64,000 bases of DNA from Octopus sinensis (lineage: Eukaryota). Each line of letters begins with the position of its first letter. Positions within the stretch are counted from its first letter, which is position 1. Where the stretch lies: the NCBI RefSeq assembly GCF_006345805.1, contig NC_042998.1, forward strand, positions 22,878,001-22,942,000, in the 5' to 3' direction. The notes beneath the pieces are model-generated. The model searched no databases and was not told where the DNA came from. It saw only the letters and a program-made list of their open reading frames with translations. Shown in pieces: positions 25,019 through 37,498 of the stretch. The position numbers and the translations under genes were made by a program.

Positions 25019-25408
25019 GGAGGAGTGGCTGTGTGGTAAGTAGCTTGTTTGCCAACCACATGGTTCCACTGTGTGGCACCTTGGGCAAGTGTCTTCTTCT
25101 ATAGCCTCGGGCCGACCAATGCCTTGTGAGTGGATTTGGTAGACAGAAACTGAAAGAAGCCCGTCGTATATATGTATATATATATATGCGTGTGTGTGTT
25201 TGTGTGTCTGTGTTTGTCCCCCTAGCATTGCTTGACAACTGATGCTGGTGTGTTTATGCCCCCGTTACTTATCGGTTCGGCAAAAGAGGCCGATAGAATA
25301 AGTACTGGGCTTACAAAAGAATAAGTCCCAGGGTCGAGTTGCTCGATTAAAGGCGGTGCTCCAGCATGGCCGCAGTCAAATGACTGAAACAAGTAAAAGA
25401 GTAAAGAG
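25019..25408 (+). mobile_element. SINE family A, full length
   Basis: Consensus match. Confidence 0.9.
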
Positions 25409-26039
25409 TATGTATATATATATATAATTGTATGTATGTGTGCATACACGCTCATCTACACATATATCTGCACAAATTCATATCATCATAAATTCATTAC
25501 GAAATCCATTAAACCAGCAGAGAACTAGATATATCTATAAGCCTATATCTCTCAATCTTTGTTATCTGCACATTACAAGATCCGTATTAAAACTACAGAC
25601 CTGTTTTAATAATAATAATCAATCTTTTATGGAAGTCTCCAGATGGAGGAGATGAATTTATTTATCTATTTTGTTTTTGTATCATCCTTGCCATTACTGC
25701 TACTAGCTTCTGATGTTACCGTTATTGCTGTTGTTGTGTTGTTGTTGTTGTTTGCTATTCAATATTATTTCTTTTGCGGTACAAGTTATGAAATGTTTTT
25801 TTTTTGCTACTCACTTGCTATGTAAGATGCTGCAAAATCAGCTCCCCCCGATCAATTTTTTTACCCGTTTTTTTCTTTTTTTTTTGTTTTTTTTTTTGAC
25901 TTCCTAGCTGAGGAATCAAAACCTGTTTTTCACACATACCTATCAATTTACAATGTTTAAAACAAGTAATACGATGTTAATATCATATTGTGTTATACTA
26001 GTTATTTATGTTTTTTATTCTTCCCTTTATTTGTATTTT

Positions 26040-26282
26040 AAGAAACAAACAGATAATGATGATGATAATAAAAATAATAATGATAATAATAATAATAGTA
26101 ATAGTAATAGTAATAATAGTAATTATAGTTATTATAATAATAATAATTGTAATAATAATAGTTATAATAATAATAACAATAATAATAATAATAACAATAA
26201 TAATAATAATAACAATAACAAGGATGGTGATGAGGATAAAAGTAAGAGTAATGAGGAGGAGGGAAAGAGGGGCAAAATAAAA

Positions 26283-26314
<32 letters not shown>

Positions 26315-26850
26315 AATGATGATAAAAGTAAGGGTAATGAGGATGCGGAGAGAGGGAAGGAGAAGAGGGGAGGAGGTGGAAGAGGGGGTGGAAGAGGAGG
26401 TGGAATAGGGGGTGGAAGAGGAGGAAGAGGAGGTGGAAGAGGAGGAATAGGAGGTGGAAGAGGAGGAATAGGAGGTGGAAGAGGAGGAAGAGGAGGTGAA
26501 GAGGAGGAAGAGGAGGTGGAAGAGGAGGAAGAGGAAGATGGGGAAGAGGAGGTGGAAGAGGAAGAGGAGGAGGTGGAAGAGGAGGAATAGGAGGTGGAAG
26601 AGGAAGAGAGATGAAGAGGAGGTGGAAGAGGAGGAAGAGGAGGTGGAGTAGATGGGAGTGGAGGAGGGGGAAGAGGTGATGGGGAGTGGAGGAGGAAGAG
26701 AATAAAAATGAGGATGATGATGATGATGATAATAATAATAACAAGGATGATGATGATGATGATAAAAGTAGTAGTAGGGAGGAGGAGAAGAAAGAGGAGA
26801 AGGAGAAGGAATAAAAATAATAATGATAATAATAATAATAATCGCAATAA
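26040..26850. repeat. (AAT)n, (GAT)n and (GAGGAGGAAGAGGAGGTGGAA)-like purine tract
   Basis: Direct reading. Confidence 0.9.
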
Positions 26851-27551
26851 TAACAGTGATAAAGCTATAGGTTTAAAAAATAAAAATATTTTTTTATTGT
26901 CTTTTATCAAATAAGAGAAATAGATTTTTTTATTACCTCATTTTTGTTTTCTGTATTTGTGTGAGATATTTTTTTGTTGTTTTTGTTGTAGTTTGTTCGT
27001 ATTTTTTGTCATTGTTTTTTTTGTTTTGACTTTTCTTTTTGTTTCTTTTTTTTTTTTTAATGCCTATTTAGTGACATTTATAAACCAACAGCCATCAAGT
27101 TGTAACATGTTGTTATTTGTGAAATATTTACTCTGCGGTTCTTTATAATTGTCGTTGTTCATTTATCAAGTTATTGATTGAAAAATCTTTTCTAAATTTA
27201 GTTGTCATTCTCCATTAAATTCATAAGATCAACAAGCATATGAGATGTTCAATTTTAAATCCTTAAGAATTTCCAGCTCGTACAAGAATTCCTATTCGTA
27301 TTCTTTGCTGAATGAAACCATTCTTACTATATTTAATGGCTTCCAGATTTTCTTTTCTTGTTTTTATTTTTTGTTTTTTTTAACTTAGTCACAAGGTAGA
27401 ATTTTGTATGTAATGGTGTTATAGTCACCTGAATTCTTGAATTCAATGAATGAAATAAACATCACCAAATTACAGGTATTTATTTCAGTCAGCATCAGCA
27501 AAGATGATTCTATGGTGATTGCCCAACCTGCGAGAACTAGCAGCGGTAGGA

Positions 27552-27772
27552 AGGCGGTGAGCTGGCAGAAACGTTAGCATGCCGGGCGAAATGCTTAGCG
27601 GTATATCGTCTGAGTTCAGATTCCACCGAGGTCGACTTTACCTTTCATCCTTTTGGGGTCGATTAAATAAGTACCAGTGACGCACTGGGGTTGATGCAAT
27701 CGACTTAATCAGTTTGTCTATCCTTGTTTGTCCCCTCTGTGTGTAGCCCCTTGTGGGCTGTAAAGAAATAAG
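27552..27772 (+). mobile_element. SINE family B
   Basis: Consensus match. Confidence 0.85.
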
Positions 27773-28039
27773 AATATATACCAGGTGTAATAAAAGAAAA
27801 AAAGGTACTGGGCTCAATTTGTTGAACTAAATGCTTCAAAGTGGTGCCCCAGCATGGCCACAATGTAATGATTGAAACAAGTAAATGATAAAAGTTTATC
27901 TCTCTCTCACTACCATCATAAAGATAAGATGTAGTCCTAGATGCACAAGAAGACAGGATGGTCAAGAGTGGAATGCCTTTCATCTTAGATTTTATTCCAT
28001 CAGAGCTGACCCAAATTAAACAACACCAAGAAAGGATAG

Positions 28040-28341
28040 TTATCCATGCTGTTCACCTCCTCCTCTGCCTCCTCCTCTTCCTCCTCCTCTTCCTCCTCCT
28101 CCTCCTCATCTTCCCCCTCTGCCTCCTCATCTTCCCCCTCTGCCTCCTCATCTTCCTCTCTGCCTCTGCCTCCTCCACTTCCTCCTCTTCCTTCTGTTCT
28201 TTTCCTCTTCCTCCTCCTCCTCCTCATGTTGCTACCACCACCACCACCACCACCACCAACACCACTACCACCACCACCACTACCACCACCACCACTACTA
28301 CTACAACCACCACCACTACCACCACCACTACTACTACTACA

Positions 28342-28385
<44 letters not shown>

Positions 28386-28430
28386 TACTACTGCTGCTGC
28401 TATTACTACTACTACTACTACCGCCACTGC
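28040..28430. repeat. (CCT)n/(ACC)n/(ACT)n tract
   Basis: Direct reading. Confidence 0.9.
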
Positions 28431-28980
28431 CTTTCATATTAAGGATGCATTATAGGAACACAAACGAATTTACATGACTGGTGCTGGTAATATCACCAAC
28501 CTGTGAAGGATGAAAAGCAAAGCCGACCTCAATGGTATTTTAACACAGGACTTTAAAACACTGCAAAAGGCAATTTTCTCCAATACTTAAATGGTTCTAC
28601 CATTTGTAAATCAAGGCAACATTGACCCTCCGGTGGGGTTTGTGCACAGAACACAAAGACTTGCAGCTAAATACTGCCCGGCATTTTGTCTAATGACTCT
28701 TTAATGATTCTCCCTGTTCACCATACTACAAATGGATTTTAATATCCTTTTGAATTTTGGCACAAGGCCAGAAATTTTGAGGGGAGGGGGTGAGTGAATT
28801 ATGTCGACCACTGTGCTTTTGTTGGTAGTCTCTTTTATTGGCTTTGGAATGATAAAAGGCAAAGTCGACATTGGTGGGATTTGAAATCAGAACGTAAAGC
28901 ACCAGAAGAAATGCTGCTAAGCATTTGTACCAATGTGCAAACGACTCTATCAGTTCAATGTCTTAATAATAATGATAATA

Positions 28981-29390
28981 GGCGTAGGAGTGGCTGTGTG
29001 GTAAGTAGCTTGCTAACGAACCACGTGGTTCTGGGTTCAGTCCCACTGCATGGCACCTTAGGCAAGTGTCTTCTACTATAGCCTTGTGAGTGGATTTGGT
29101 AGATAGAAACTGAAAGAAGCCCGTCGTATATATGTGTATATATATATATGTATGTATGTGTGTGTATATGTTTGTGTGACTGTGTTTGTCCCCACAACAT
29201 CGCTTGACAACTGATGCTAGTGTGTTTACGTCCCCGTAACTTAACGGTTCAGCAAAAGAGACCAATAGAATAAGTACTAGGCTTACAAAGAATAAGTCCT
29301 GGTGTCGATTTGGTCGACTAAAGGCAGTGCTCTAGCATGGCCACAGTCAAATGACTGAAACAAGTAAAAGAGTAAAAGAGTAAAGAATAA
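28981..29390 (+). mobile_element. SINE family A, full length
   Basis: Consensus match. Confidence 0.9.
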
Positions 29391-29394
29391 TAAT

Positions 29395-29435
<41 letters not shown>

Positions 29436-29452
29436 TAATAATGATAATAAAT

Positions 29453-30000
29453 GCCCTGATGCAGTACCAGGCAGTGGCTCTCATGGCTTCTGATCTTAAC
29501 TGATGGAAGTGTTATCATGTACATTGTTGTTTGGTATAAAAAGATGGGCTACAGCAAATATTCTGCTCAATACCACAGATTTGCTGTCAGTTGTTTGACC
29601 TTAACCAGTTGAGCATGTCCCTTAGTGGCTGACGATATGTGCATCTCTGATCACGAGCAGAAGTAGTGGGGGAGCATCATAGCCATGTTTGAGAGGGATT
29701 CTTTGGGGTTTGAATAGTTCACCTCTGGAAACATGGGTGGTTCTTTCAACATCCTTAAACAACCCTTATTCAGGGACCGTTTAAGCGGGATGGGCTACTC
29801 AACCTGAAGAAAATTCTAACTGGGCCCCACCTGCAAGGTCATGTGCTGTTTATCTGATATGAGATCACCATGTCGCGCACATATGGTTGTGATGCATGTG
29901 CCTGGTGTACCTTTATCAGACGGGTAGTCATGATGGGTATTTTGGGCTTCGTATATTTTACCCCAGTGTCACTTTGATGGCATGAACTGCTCTCTCACTC
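29453..30000. mobile_element. Family F element (548 bp) flanked by (AAT)n
   Basis: Same ends (gccctgatgcagtacc...ctctcactc) and near-identical body as 56760-57313. Confidence 0.85.
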
Positions 30001-30019
30001 AATGATAATAATAATAAAT

Positions 30020-30482
30020 GCCCTGATGCAGTACCAGGCAGTGGCTCTCGTGGCTTCTGATCTTAAGTGATTGGAAGTGTTATCATGTACATTGTTTTGT
30101 CTTGATATAAAAGATGGGCTACAGCAAATATTCTGCTCAATACCACAGATTTGCTAGTCAGTTGTTTGACCGTAACCAGTTGACCATATCCCTTACTGGC
30201 TGACGATATGTGCATCTCTGATCATGAGCAGAAGTAGGGGTGGAGCATCATAGCCATGTGTTGAGAGGAATTCTTTGGGGTTTGAATTATTCACCTCTGG
30301 AAACACAGATGTTTTGTTTATCATCCTTAAACAACCCTTATTCAGGGATCTTTTCAAATGGGATGGACTACTCAACCTGCAGCAAATTCTAACTGGGCCC
30401 TACCTGCAGGGTCATGTGCTGTTAATCTTCATATGAGATCACCATGTCATGCACATATGGTTGTGATGCATGTGCCTGGTGT
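30020..30482. mobile_element. Second, truncated family F copy in tandem
   Basis: Starts gccctgatgcagtacc, stops at gcctggtgt, then (AAT)n. Confidence 0.85.
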
Positions 30483-30587
30483 AATAATAATAATAATTAT
30501 AATAATAATAATAATAATAATGATTATGATAATAATAACTTTGAAAAATACCTTAGGAATGAGAATCCAGGTTTGAAATTTCCCCAA

Positions 30588-30633
30588 GACACCTGATGAA
30601 GGCTGGAGGGTAAATCAGCCGAAATGTTGTGTT
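30588..30633 (+). ncRNA. Minimal type I hammerhead motif in a PLE-type terminal fragment (30538-30690)
   Basis: gacac CTGATGA a ggctg gagggtaaat cagcc GAA ATGT T gtgtt: 5-bp stem II, 5-bp stem I; stem III ATGT could be CpG-decayed ACGT. Confidence 0.75.
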
Positions 30634-30689
30634 AACAACAAACAAGATGAGGACAAATATCCGTCAAATGTAAATAATGTAAATAATGT

Positions 30690-30888
30690 AAAATGCTTAG
30701 CAGTATTTCATCTGCCATTATGTTCAAAGTTCAAATTCTGCCAAAGTCGACTTTGCCTTTCATCCTTTTGGGGGTCAATTAAATAAGTACCAGTTACACA
30801 CTGGGGTTGATGTAATCGACTTAATCCCTTTGTCTGTCCTTGTTTGTCCCCTCCGTGTTTAGCCCCCTGTGGGCAATAAAGAAATAAA
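30690..30888 (+). mobile_element. SINE family B, 5' truncated
   Basis: Consensus match. Confidence 0.8.
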
Positions 30889-31291
30889 CATGTAATGAAG
30901 TGCTTTGTTCAAGACCACAATGTGTGGCTGGCCTAGGAATTGAAACCAAGATCTCACAATCGTCGGTGCAACACCCTAACCACTAAGCCATCTGCCTTCA
31001 CACACAAACACACACACACACACACACACACACGGTATGTGTGTGTACATCATTAATCAACCAGCTGCCCCATGACACAGAGTGGCTAATGAAGAAACAT
31101 TGAGTCATAAAAATAGACACATTAATTTCTGCCTTAACTTATTTTAATACCATTTCTGTTCTTGTGTTATTCTAATATGGTTGAGATACCATTATCATAG
31201 CAGTGACCTGAAGACAAATAAATAATTCCACAGAATAATGGTCTCAAATAGACTGCAGCAATGTATAAATTATAATACTGCAATAATATAT

Positions 31292-31336
<45 letters not shown>

Positions 31337-31341
<5 letters not shown>

Positions 31342-31716
31342 ATATATAAACGGCAGTTTGTCTGTGTACGTGTCTGTGTGTCTGTTAGGTTGTACCCTTA
31401 CCCTGACCACGGCTTTCAACCGATTCTGATGAAACTTGACACACACATAGCCCAATGTCATAATTCAAAACTAACGCAGCGAAAATTTTGAAAAGTTCCC
31501 CCAGTTCTGAAAAAGATCGATAAATTCGACATGGGGTCGACAATCATAAACACAAACCACAGATGGTCTAGGGGACGCAACTCGACCTTTTTAACTCTAA
31601 AAAAAATTTACCATAATTTTTTTCCCATTTTTTGCTATTTTTTGGCTATAACTCTCTAAGAATGCTTTATAGTTATTTCCCTTACAAATCCGAGCAACGC
31701 CGGGCGATACTGCTAG
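31337..31716 (+). mobile_element. Non-autonomous Helitron H2
   Basis: A|TCtctatatataaa 5' end; ccgagcaacgccggg hairpin; CTAG|T. Confidence 0.88.
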
Positions 31717-31816
31717 TATATATATATATAATATATGTATATATGTATACATATGTTGTATATATATACGTGTGTATATATGTATACATATTTATTATAT
31801 ATATACTATACATAAT

Positions 31817-31847
<31 letters not shown>

Positions 31848-32229
31848 TATATACGTATGTATATATACATACATATATATATATACATATGTATATATAT
31901 ATACGTATGTAAATATGTATGTATATATGTATGTATGTATATATATGTATATATATATATTTATATATATGGAAAGCGGACGCTAAACGAAGATGATGAT
32001 GATGATGACACACACATATATACATGTGTCCAGATGCATGTCATTGATGTATGCACACAACAATGTGTGTATATATATATATATACAAATATATATATGC
32101 ATAAGTACATATGTATATATATATATATGTGTGTATATATATACATATGTGTATGTATGTATATATCTATCTATCTCTCTCTCTCTCTCTCAATATATAT
32201 ATATATATATATATATATTATACAATATG

Positions 32230-33990
32230 TTACATTACTCGGTAGTCAAGATAAAACTCTGAGTTTCAGATGCCGAAGTGGAAATCCACACACCATCTCT
32301 TCGGTTATCTGGCTATTTGAAAACGTTATGAAAAAATACCGTTAAAAATGAAGGGAAATTACTCTGTTATAACTCTGCTTTGCCTGCGTACTTATACATC
32401 GCTCGCATTTTTCGTCATAAAAATTATATAAAAATACATAAAAATATATAAAAATATATAAAAATATATAAAATCTTCTTGGGACATAACACAGAAAGCA
32501 TGTTCTATCCGTTTCTTTTAGGGGACCAAAAACGTAACAGAAATTTAGTCACATGTGGGCATGATCCGAAAAGCTCTGTCCTTGTATTTAGACATGTGGT
32601 AGGGTCTAAGCTGCTTTTCCAGATAAGCCATCTCTCCATGTCGCATAACCGCACCTTCCGCTGCCGTAGTATAGGGCTTACATCTGGCAAAATCTTCCAT
32701 TGTATGTTATAATCGACACCTTTATCTCTAAAGACCAAATATGATTGGATAATTGTGTCGCTTTTCTTTTGTTCCAGTGCCTAATGCTCAAAAGTGTGGT
32801 TATTGAACCTGGCCTTGAAATTACCCTCTGTCAGGCCCACGTATTTCTTCGTCGAAAACGGTGTTGTCTTAGTGGTTATAGAGTTTACGGTAGCTTCATA
32901 TATGATGGTCTTGGACATGCAAGCTCCATTTAGCGGGCACAATTCTTTATTCCTGCATGAACAGCTGTTTTCTTCTTGTGTTTTTTGTATGTATGATTGA
33001 TTATGTTTTAAAATGGTAGTTGAAACTAAAACTAATTTTTAAATTGTGTCTATTGAAGAGTTTCCTATAAGCATGGTTAACTGGAAAATGTCTATCTATC
33101 AGTGCTAGGAAATATTTACCTATATTGAAGGCCACCTCGGGTGAGTAAGGGGGCGAAACCAGATGACCTTCCTATTTCTATTATTCCTTTTCCTTATTGG
33201 TGGGCTGGTGATAGGTGTATATTTTATTTTTTCGCTAAAACCACTATCTTTTAAAGCTTTATTATAAACTGGGGCAACGCTATTGAAGATGTCCTCATTA
33301 GATGAGAGGCTAGAAATCCTCTTACTAATATTTTTACTAAATTTTGAATACTATAGGGGGATGCATGAACCTACATTAATATAACTTAGTCTATCATTGG
33401 GCTTCCTATAAGGCTTATAAATATTATTATTAAGATCTAAGGAAACGTCTAAGAAATTGACAACCGTCAGGTTAGTGTCTATAGTTATACTAAGTCCGAA
33501 GTGTTTCATTAACTGGATAATATCCTTCCTAAAACGATCTTGTGCTGGTCCATTTGTATTAGCTGTTAAGGCGAGGGCATCATCTTTGTAGATGGCGAAA
33601 TGTACGTTAGGGAATGTCTTACCTAAGGTATCTAGGAGAAAGAGTCCAATTAGATCACAGATGCCTGCCCCATCATATGAACCCATGCTCACATCGAAAG
33701 CGCCCTCCGTGTCGGTGTTTTTTACCCACTTTGCATTCTCACTGAAAAGTAATGTCTTTCTAGCATGGAAGATTATATCCTTATCATTGTACTAATTCTA
33801 TGAAGTCACTAGCGAAGATTAGGGCTTTATCTAGCAGTTCTTTAGAGATAGAGGCATAAAAATCAACAATATCGAATTGTGTAAACCTCGCTTTTTCCCT
33901 TCATTTTTAACGGTATTTTTTCATAACGTTTTCAAATAGCCAGATAATCGAAGAGATGGTGTTGTGGATTTCCACTTCGGCATCTGAAAC
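32230..33990 (-). mobile_element. 5'-truncated Penelope-like element (RT plus C-terminal GIY-YIG) with divergent inverted pLTR
   Basis: RT remnant 33351-33692 (GSYDGAGICDLIG...YKDDAL...NFLDVSLDL...PYRKPN); linker CSCRNKELCPLNGAC (32919-32963); IIY...YVG nuclease motif; 96-bp inverted repeat 32263-32358 / 33894-33990. Frameshifted. Confidence 0.92.
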
Positions 33991-34052
33991 ACTGAATGCA
34001 AACAAAATCACAGATGTTAGATCAAAGTTCTCCTTCACCTTGAGGGATGTGT

Positions 34053-34540
34053 AACCGTTTTGCATTTACACCAGCCATATCTGGTTGAAATATTCTACCT
34101 GTTTATAATCAGACTGGCCGGATCTGGCCTCTCACACCTACTCTACAATGTCTTTCTAAAAATTAACAGTTTCTTATTTCTCATTTCTTTATTGCCCACA
34201 AGGTGCTAAGCATAGAGGGGACAAACAAGGACAGACAAACGGATTAAGTCGATGATATCGACTCTAGTGCGTAACTGGTACTTATTTAATCGACCCTGAA
34301 AGGATGAAAGGCAAAGTTGACCATGGCAGAATTTGAACTCAGAACGTAGTGGCAGACGAAATATCACTAAGTATTTCGCCTGGCATGCTAACGTTTCTGC
34401 CAGCTTGCTGCCTTACAGTTAACTGTTACCTCATCAAAAGTACAGTTACAGGCTAATGCATCACTAATTCGAATCAATGTGAATAAATAATCATTACATT
34501 TGACAGAGTAATGTGAGTCTTAAACGAAGACTAGGGTTCT
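34053..34540 (-). mobile_element. Degenerate piggyBac-like MITE (family of 54599-54819) with a nested SINE B at 34182-34413
   Basis: gcatttacaccagccatatc...ctggccggatctggcctctcacacc matches the reverse of 54730-54815; SINE B consensus inside. Confidence 0.7.
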
Positions 34541-34656
34541 CCCTCCCTCCCAGCTGCTGGATGGCCATTGAAGCTACTGAGTTCATATGCCCTTTGACAG
34601 GTTTTGTTTTCATCCTGCAGGGTGTCCAATGAAATATCTATCTATCTATCTATCTA

Positions 34657-34692
<36 letters not shown>

Positions 34693-35087
34693 TGTCTAAC
34701 TAACTGACTTTCTCTCTCCCTCCCTCTCTCTTCCTCTCTCTCCTTCTCTCTCTCCTTCTCTCTCTCTCCTTCTCTCTCTCTCCTTCTCTCTCTACTCTCT
34801 CTATATATATATGTGCGTGTGTGTGTGTATAGTTTGAATTTACTGAAAACAAAAGATGGAGGTGAGAGAATAACAAGCAGGTGTATTAGTTTAATGCTTG
34901 GGAAGAATGGAAAAGTCTTTGACATTTCGAGCCTATGCTCTTTGGCAGAAAGGGTTGAGAGGGGAAAACAAATGGAGAGAGAAGGAAAAAAAAAAAGAGA
35001 AGAAAAATGTGTAGGGATTAATGGTTCAACATTTTATGTATGTATGTATGTAAACATGGCTTCTAATACATCTTTTGCTGTATCATA

Positions 35088-35125
<38 letters not shown>

Positions 35126-35239
35126 TGTGTGTGTGTGCGTGCATGTGTGTGTCAAAAAGTGGATCAAAAGTCCTTCTTGGGCCTTTGGCTCTTAAAGCTG
35201 ACTTTCTGGATTCTCTGGCATATATATTCTCCCCGCAGT

Positions 35240-35405
35240 GGATGGGACCTTGGTCTGTCGAAGGATTCTTCATTTTTGCCAGCTGAGTGGATTGGACCCA
35301 TGTGAAATGAAGAGATTCGCCCAAGTACACTTTGCATTGCTCAGTTTAAGACTCAACACCACAATCAGGAGTGCAGCATCATAACCACTGAGCCATGGGC
35401 CTTCA
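35240..35405 (-). mobile_element. Short CORE-like SINE variant (similar copy at 48727-48938)
   Basis: tRNA-like head ...aaccactgagccatgggcctt, CORE-like ttcgcccaagtacac, tail gatgggac...gtctgtcgaagg. Confidence 0.55.
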
Positions 35406-35441
35406 TGTATTTTCCATATTATACACATTATTATTTAAATA

Positions 35442-35839
35442 TTTATATATAAAAGTGAAGTTGTGTGTCTGTCTCCTACGATTTAGATTCCTAACTACTC
35501 CCACATTTTGCGGTGCAGTTTAACCAAAACCGGGTATCTTATAGTCGTGATTCATATCGAGCCCTTCAGGGTATTAGTGCGCGTCTACGATGAGTCTATG
35601 ATTTAAAAAAAAATTTACCATCATTTTTTTCATTTTAATGCATTCATTTTTTCGCTATTATATAAGGGAAGTAACTCTCTAAAAATGTCTACAATGAGTC
35701 AACGATTTAAAAAAAAATTTACCATCATTTTTTTCCATTTTTAATGCATTTTTTTGCTATTTTTTGGCTATAACTCTCTAAAAAGGCTTATATAGTTATT
35801 TCCCTTACAAGCCCGAGCAACGCCGGGCGATACTGCTAG
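35442..35839 (+). mobile_element. Non-autonomous Helitron H3
   Basis: tatatataaaagtgaag 5' end; cccgagcaacgccggg hairpin; CTAG|T; internal tandem duplication. Confidence 0.88.
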
Positions 35840-35895
35840 TATTATATAAATATGATCCACCAAAAGTTGGCTACTTACTTATCAAATAATTTGAG

Positions 35896-36227
35896 ACCCC
35901 CTTCGGTCATGGCTGACCGTGGGATTGCACCTAGAAAGCTACCCTCCCAGGTACAAGTCCAGGCAAGGTTGTTTATGGAAGACCATCAGTCGCCCATGCA
36001 TACCGGCTTCTCCTCTCCATGCCACCAGTGTTACCCAAAGGAAAGGCAGAAGCCAATACAGCTTGGCACCTGTTACCTTGCAATTCATTTCTACAACTGA
36101 CTGAACTGGAGCAACGTGAAATAAAGTGTCTTGCTCAAGAGCACAACACACAGCCTAGTCCGAGATTCGAACTCACAACCTCATGATTATAAGCTCGACG
36201 CTCTAACCACTAAGCTATGTGCCTTCA
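35896..36227 (-). mobile_element. CORE-like SINE family D
   Basis: Reverse complement of 21950-22285. Confidence 0.85.
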
Positions 36228-36410
36228 AATAAATAACATTAGTTTAAAATAGCAATTTGTGTGTCATCCTTCAAGCAGATAAATCATTGAAAGCCTAATT
36301 AAATTGTGGTATTTGTTTTGAGAAAGCATCTTGTATAGATGTAGAGTGTATAACTGTATAGTGTGTAGATGTATAAATAACACAAAAATTATCTAGCATT
36401 GATGGTAGCA

Positions 36411-36455
36411 TTGCTAAATGCGCATTTCTGCTTCTTTGGGCTTCATCAGTAGCAA
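36411..36455 (-). ncRNA. Minimal type I hammerhead motif with eroded stem II
   Basis: Minus strand: ttgcta CTGATGA agcccaaagaagca GAA ATGCGCAT T tagcaa: perfect 6-bp stem I and 8-nt palindromic stem III. Confidence 0.6.
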
Positions 36456-37035
36456 ATGTGAACTGTATGGAAGTTTGTTGTACGTGTGCGTATGTGTGTG
36501 TTTGTGTGCATGTGTGCTTGCATACATGTATGTATTTGTATCCACAAGTCTTCTCTTGTGCCATTTTGCTAGTAATGTTGTATATGTGTGCAAAATGTAC
36601 AAAGCTGTTGAAGGTGCAAAGATGTGAAATGCTATACATTACTGGCAAAACAAGTAGTTTTGACAACAGGAAAGACATACAGCTGTCTCAAGAAATCTCA
36701 TCCAGCAAGGAAAGGGCAAATGAATAAAGAGTGATGATAATGTTATAATTAAAATGCTAATTATCGGCCAGAAGCCAATCTCAAATTTAAGATGCAAGAC
36801 AACAGAAGACAGTAAGAATAATATGTATTACAATAAATAAAAATAAATTATACATAGACGTGGCTGTTTGGTAAGAAGCTTGCTTCCCAACCACATGGTT
36901 TAGAGTTCAGTCCCACTGCATGGCAACTTGGGTAAGTGTCATCTATAGCCTCAGGCCAACCTACGAGTGGATTTTATAGATGGAAACAGAAAGAAGCCTG
37001 TTGTGTATATATATATATTTATATATATATATATG

Positions 37036-37067
<32 letters not shown>

Positions 37068-37071
<4 letters not shown>

Positions 37072-37491
37072 CGTGGGGCAACCTGCTGTGTTTGAGGAGA
37101 CCTATTGAGTCAAGTACATCAACATCAAAATAAAAATCAAATGGAAATTGTAGTTGTGATACCTGTGCCAGTGGCACGTAAAAAGCACCATCCAAACGTG
37201 GCCAATGCTAGCACCACCTTGGCTGGCTTCCATGTCGGTGGCACATAAAAAGCACCAACTGATTATGGCCATTGTCAGCCTCCTCTGGCCCTTGTGCTGG
37301 TGGCACGTAAAAAAGCACCCACTACATTCATGGAGTGGTTGGCATTAGGAAGGGCATCCAGCTGTAGAAACACTGCCAGATCAGTCTGGAACCTGGTGCA
37401 GCCATCTGGCTTCCCAGACCCTGGTCAAACCGTCCAACCCATGCTAGCATGGAAAACGGACGTTAAACAATGATGATGATGATGATGATGA
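37068..37491 (+). mobile_element. RTE 3' UTR (family C)
   Basis: gtggcacgtaaaaagcacc units, standard terminus, (GAT)n. Confidence 0.85.
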
Positions 37492-37498
37492 TATATAT

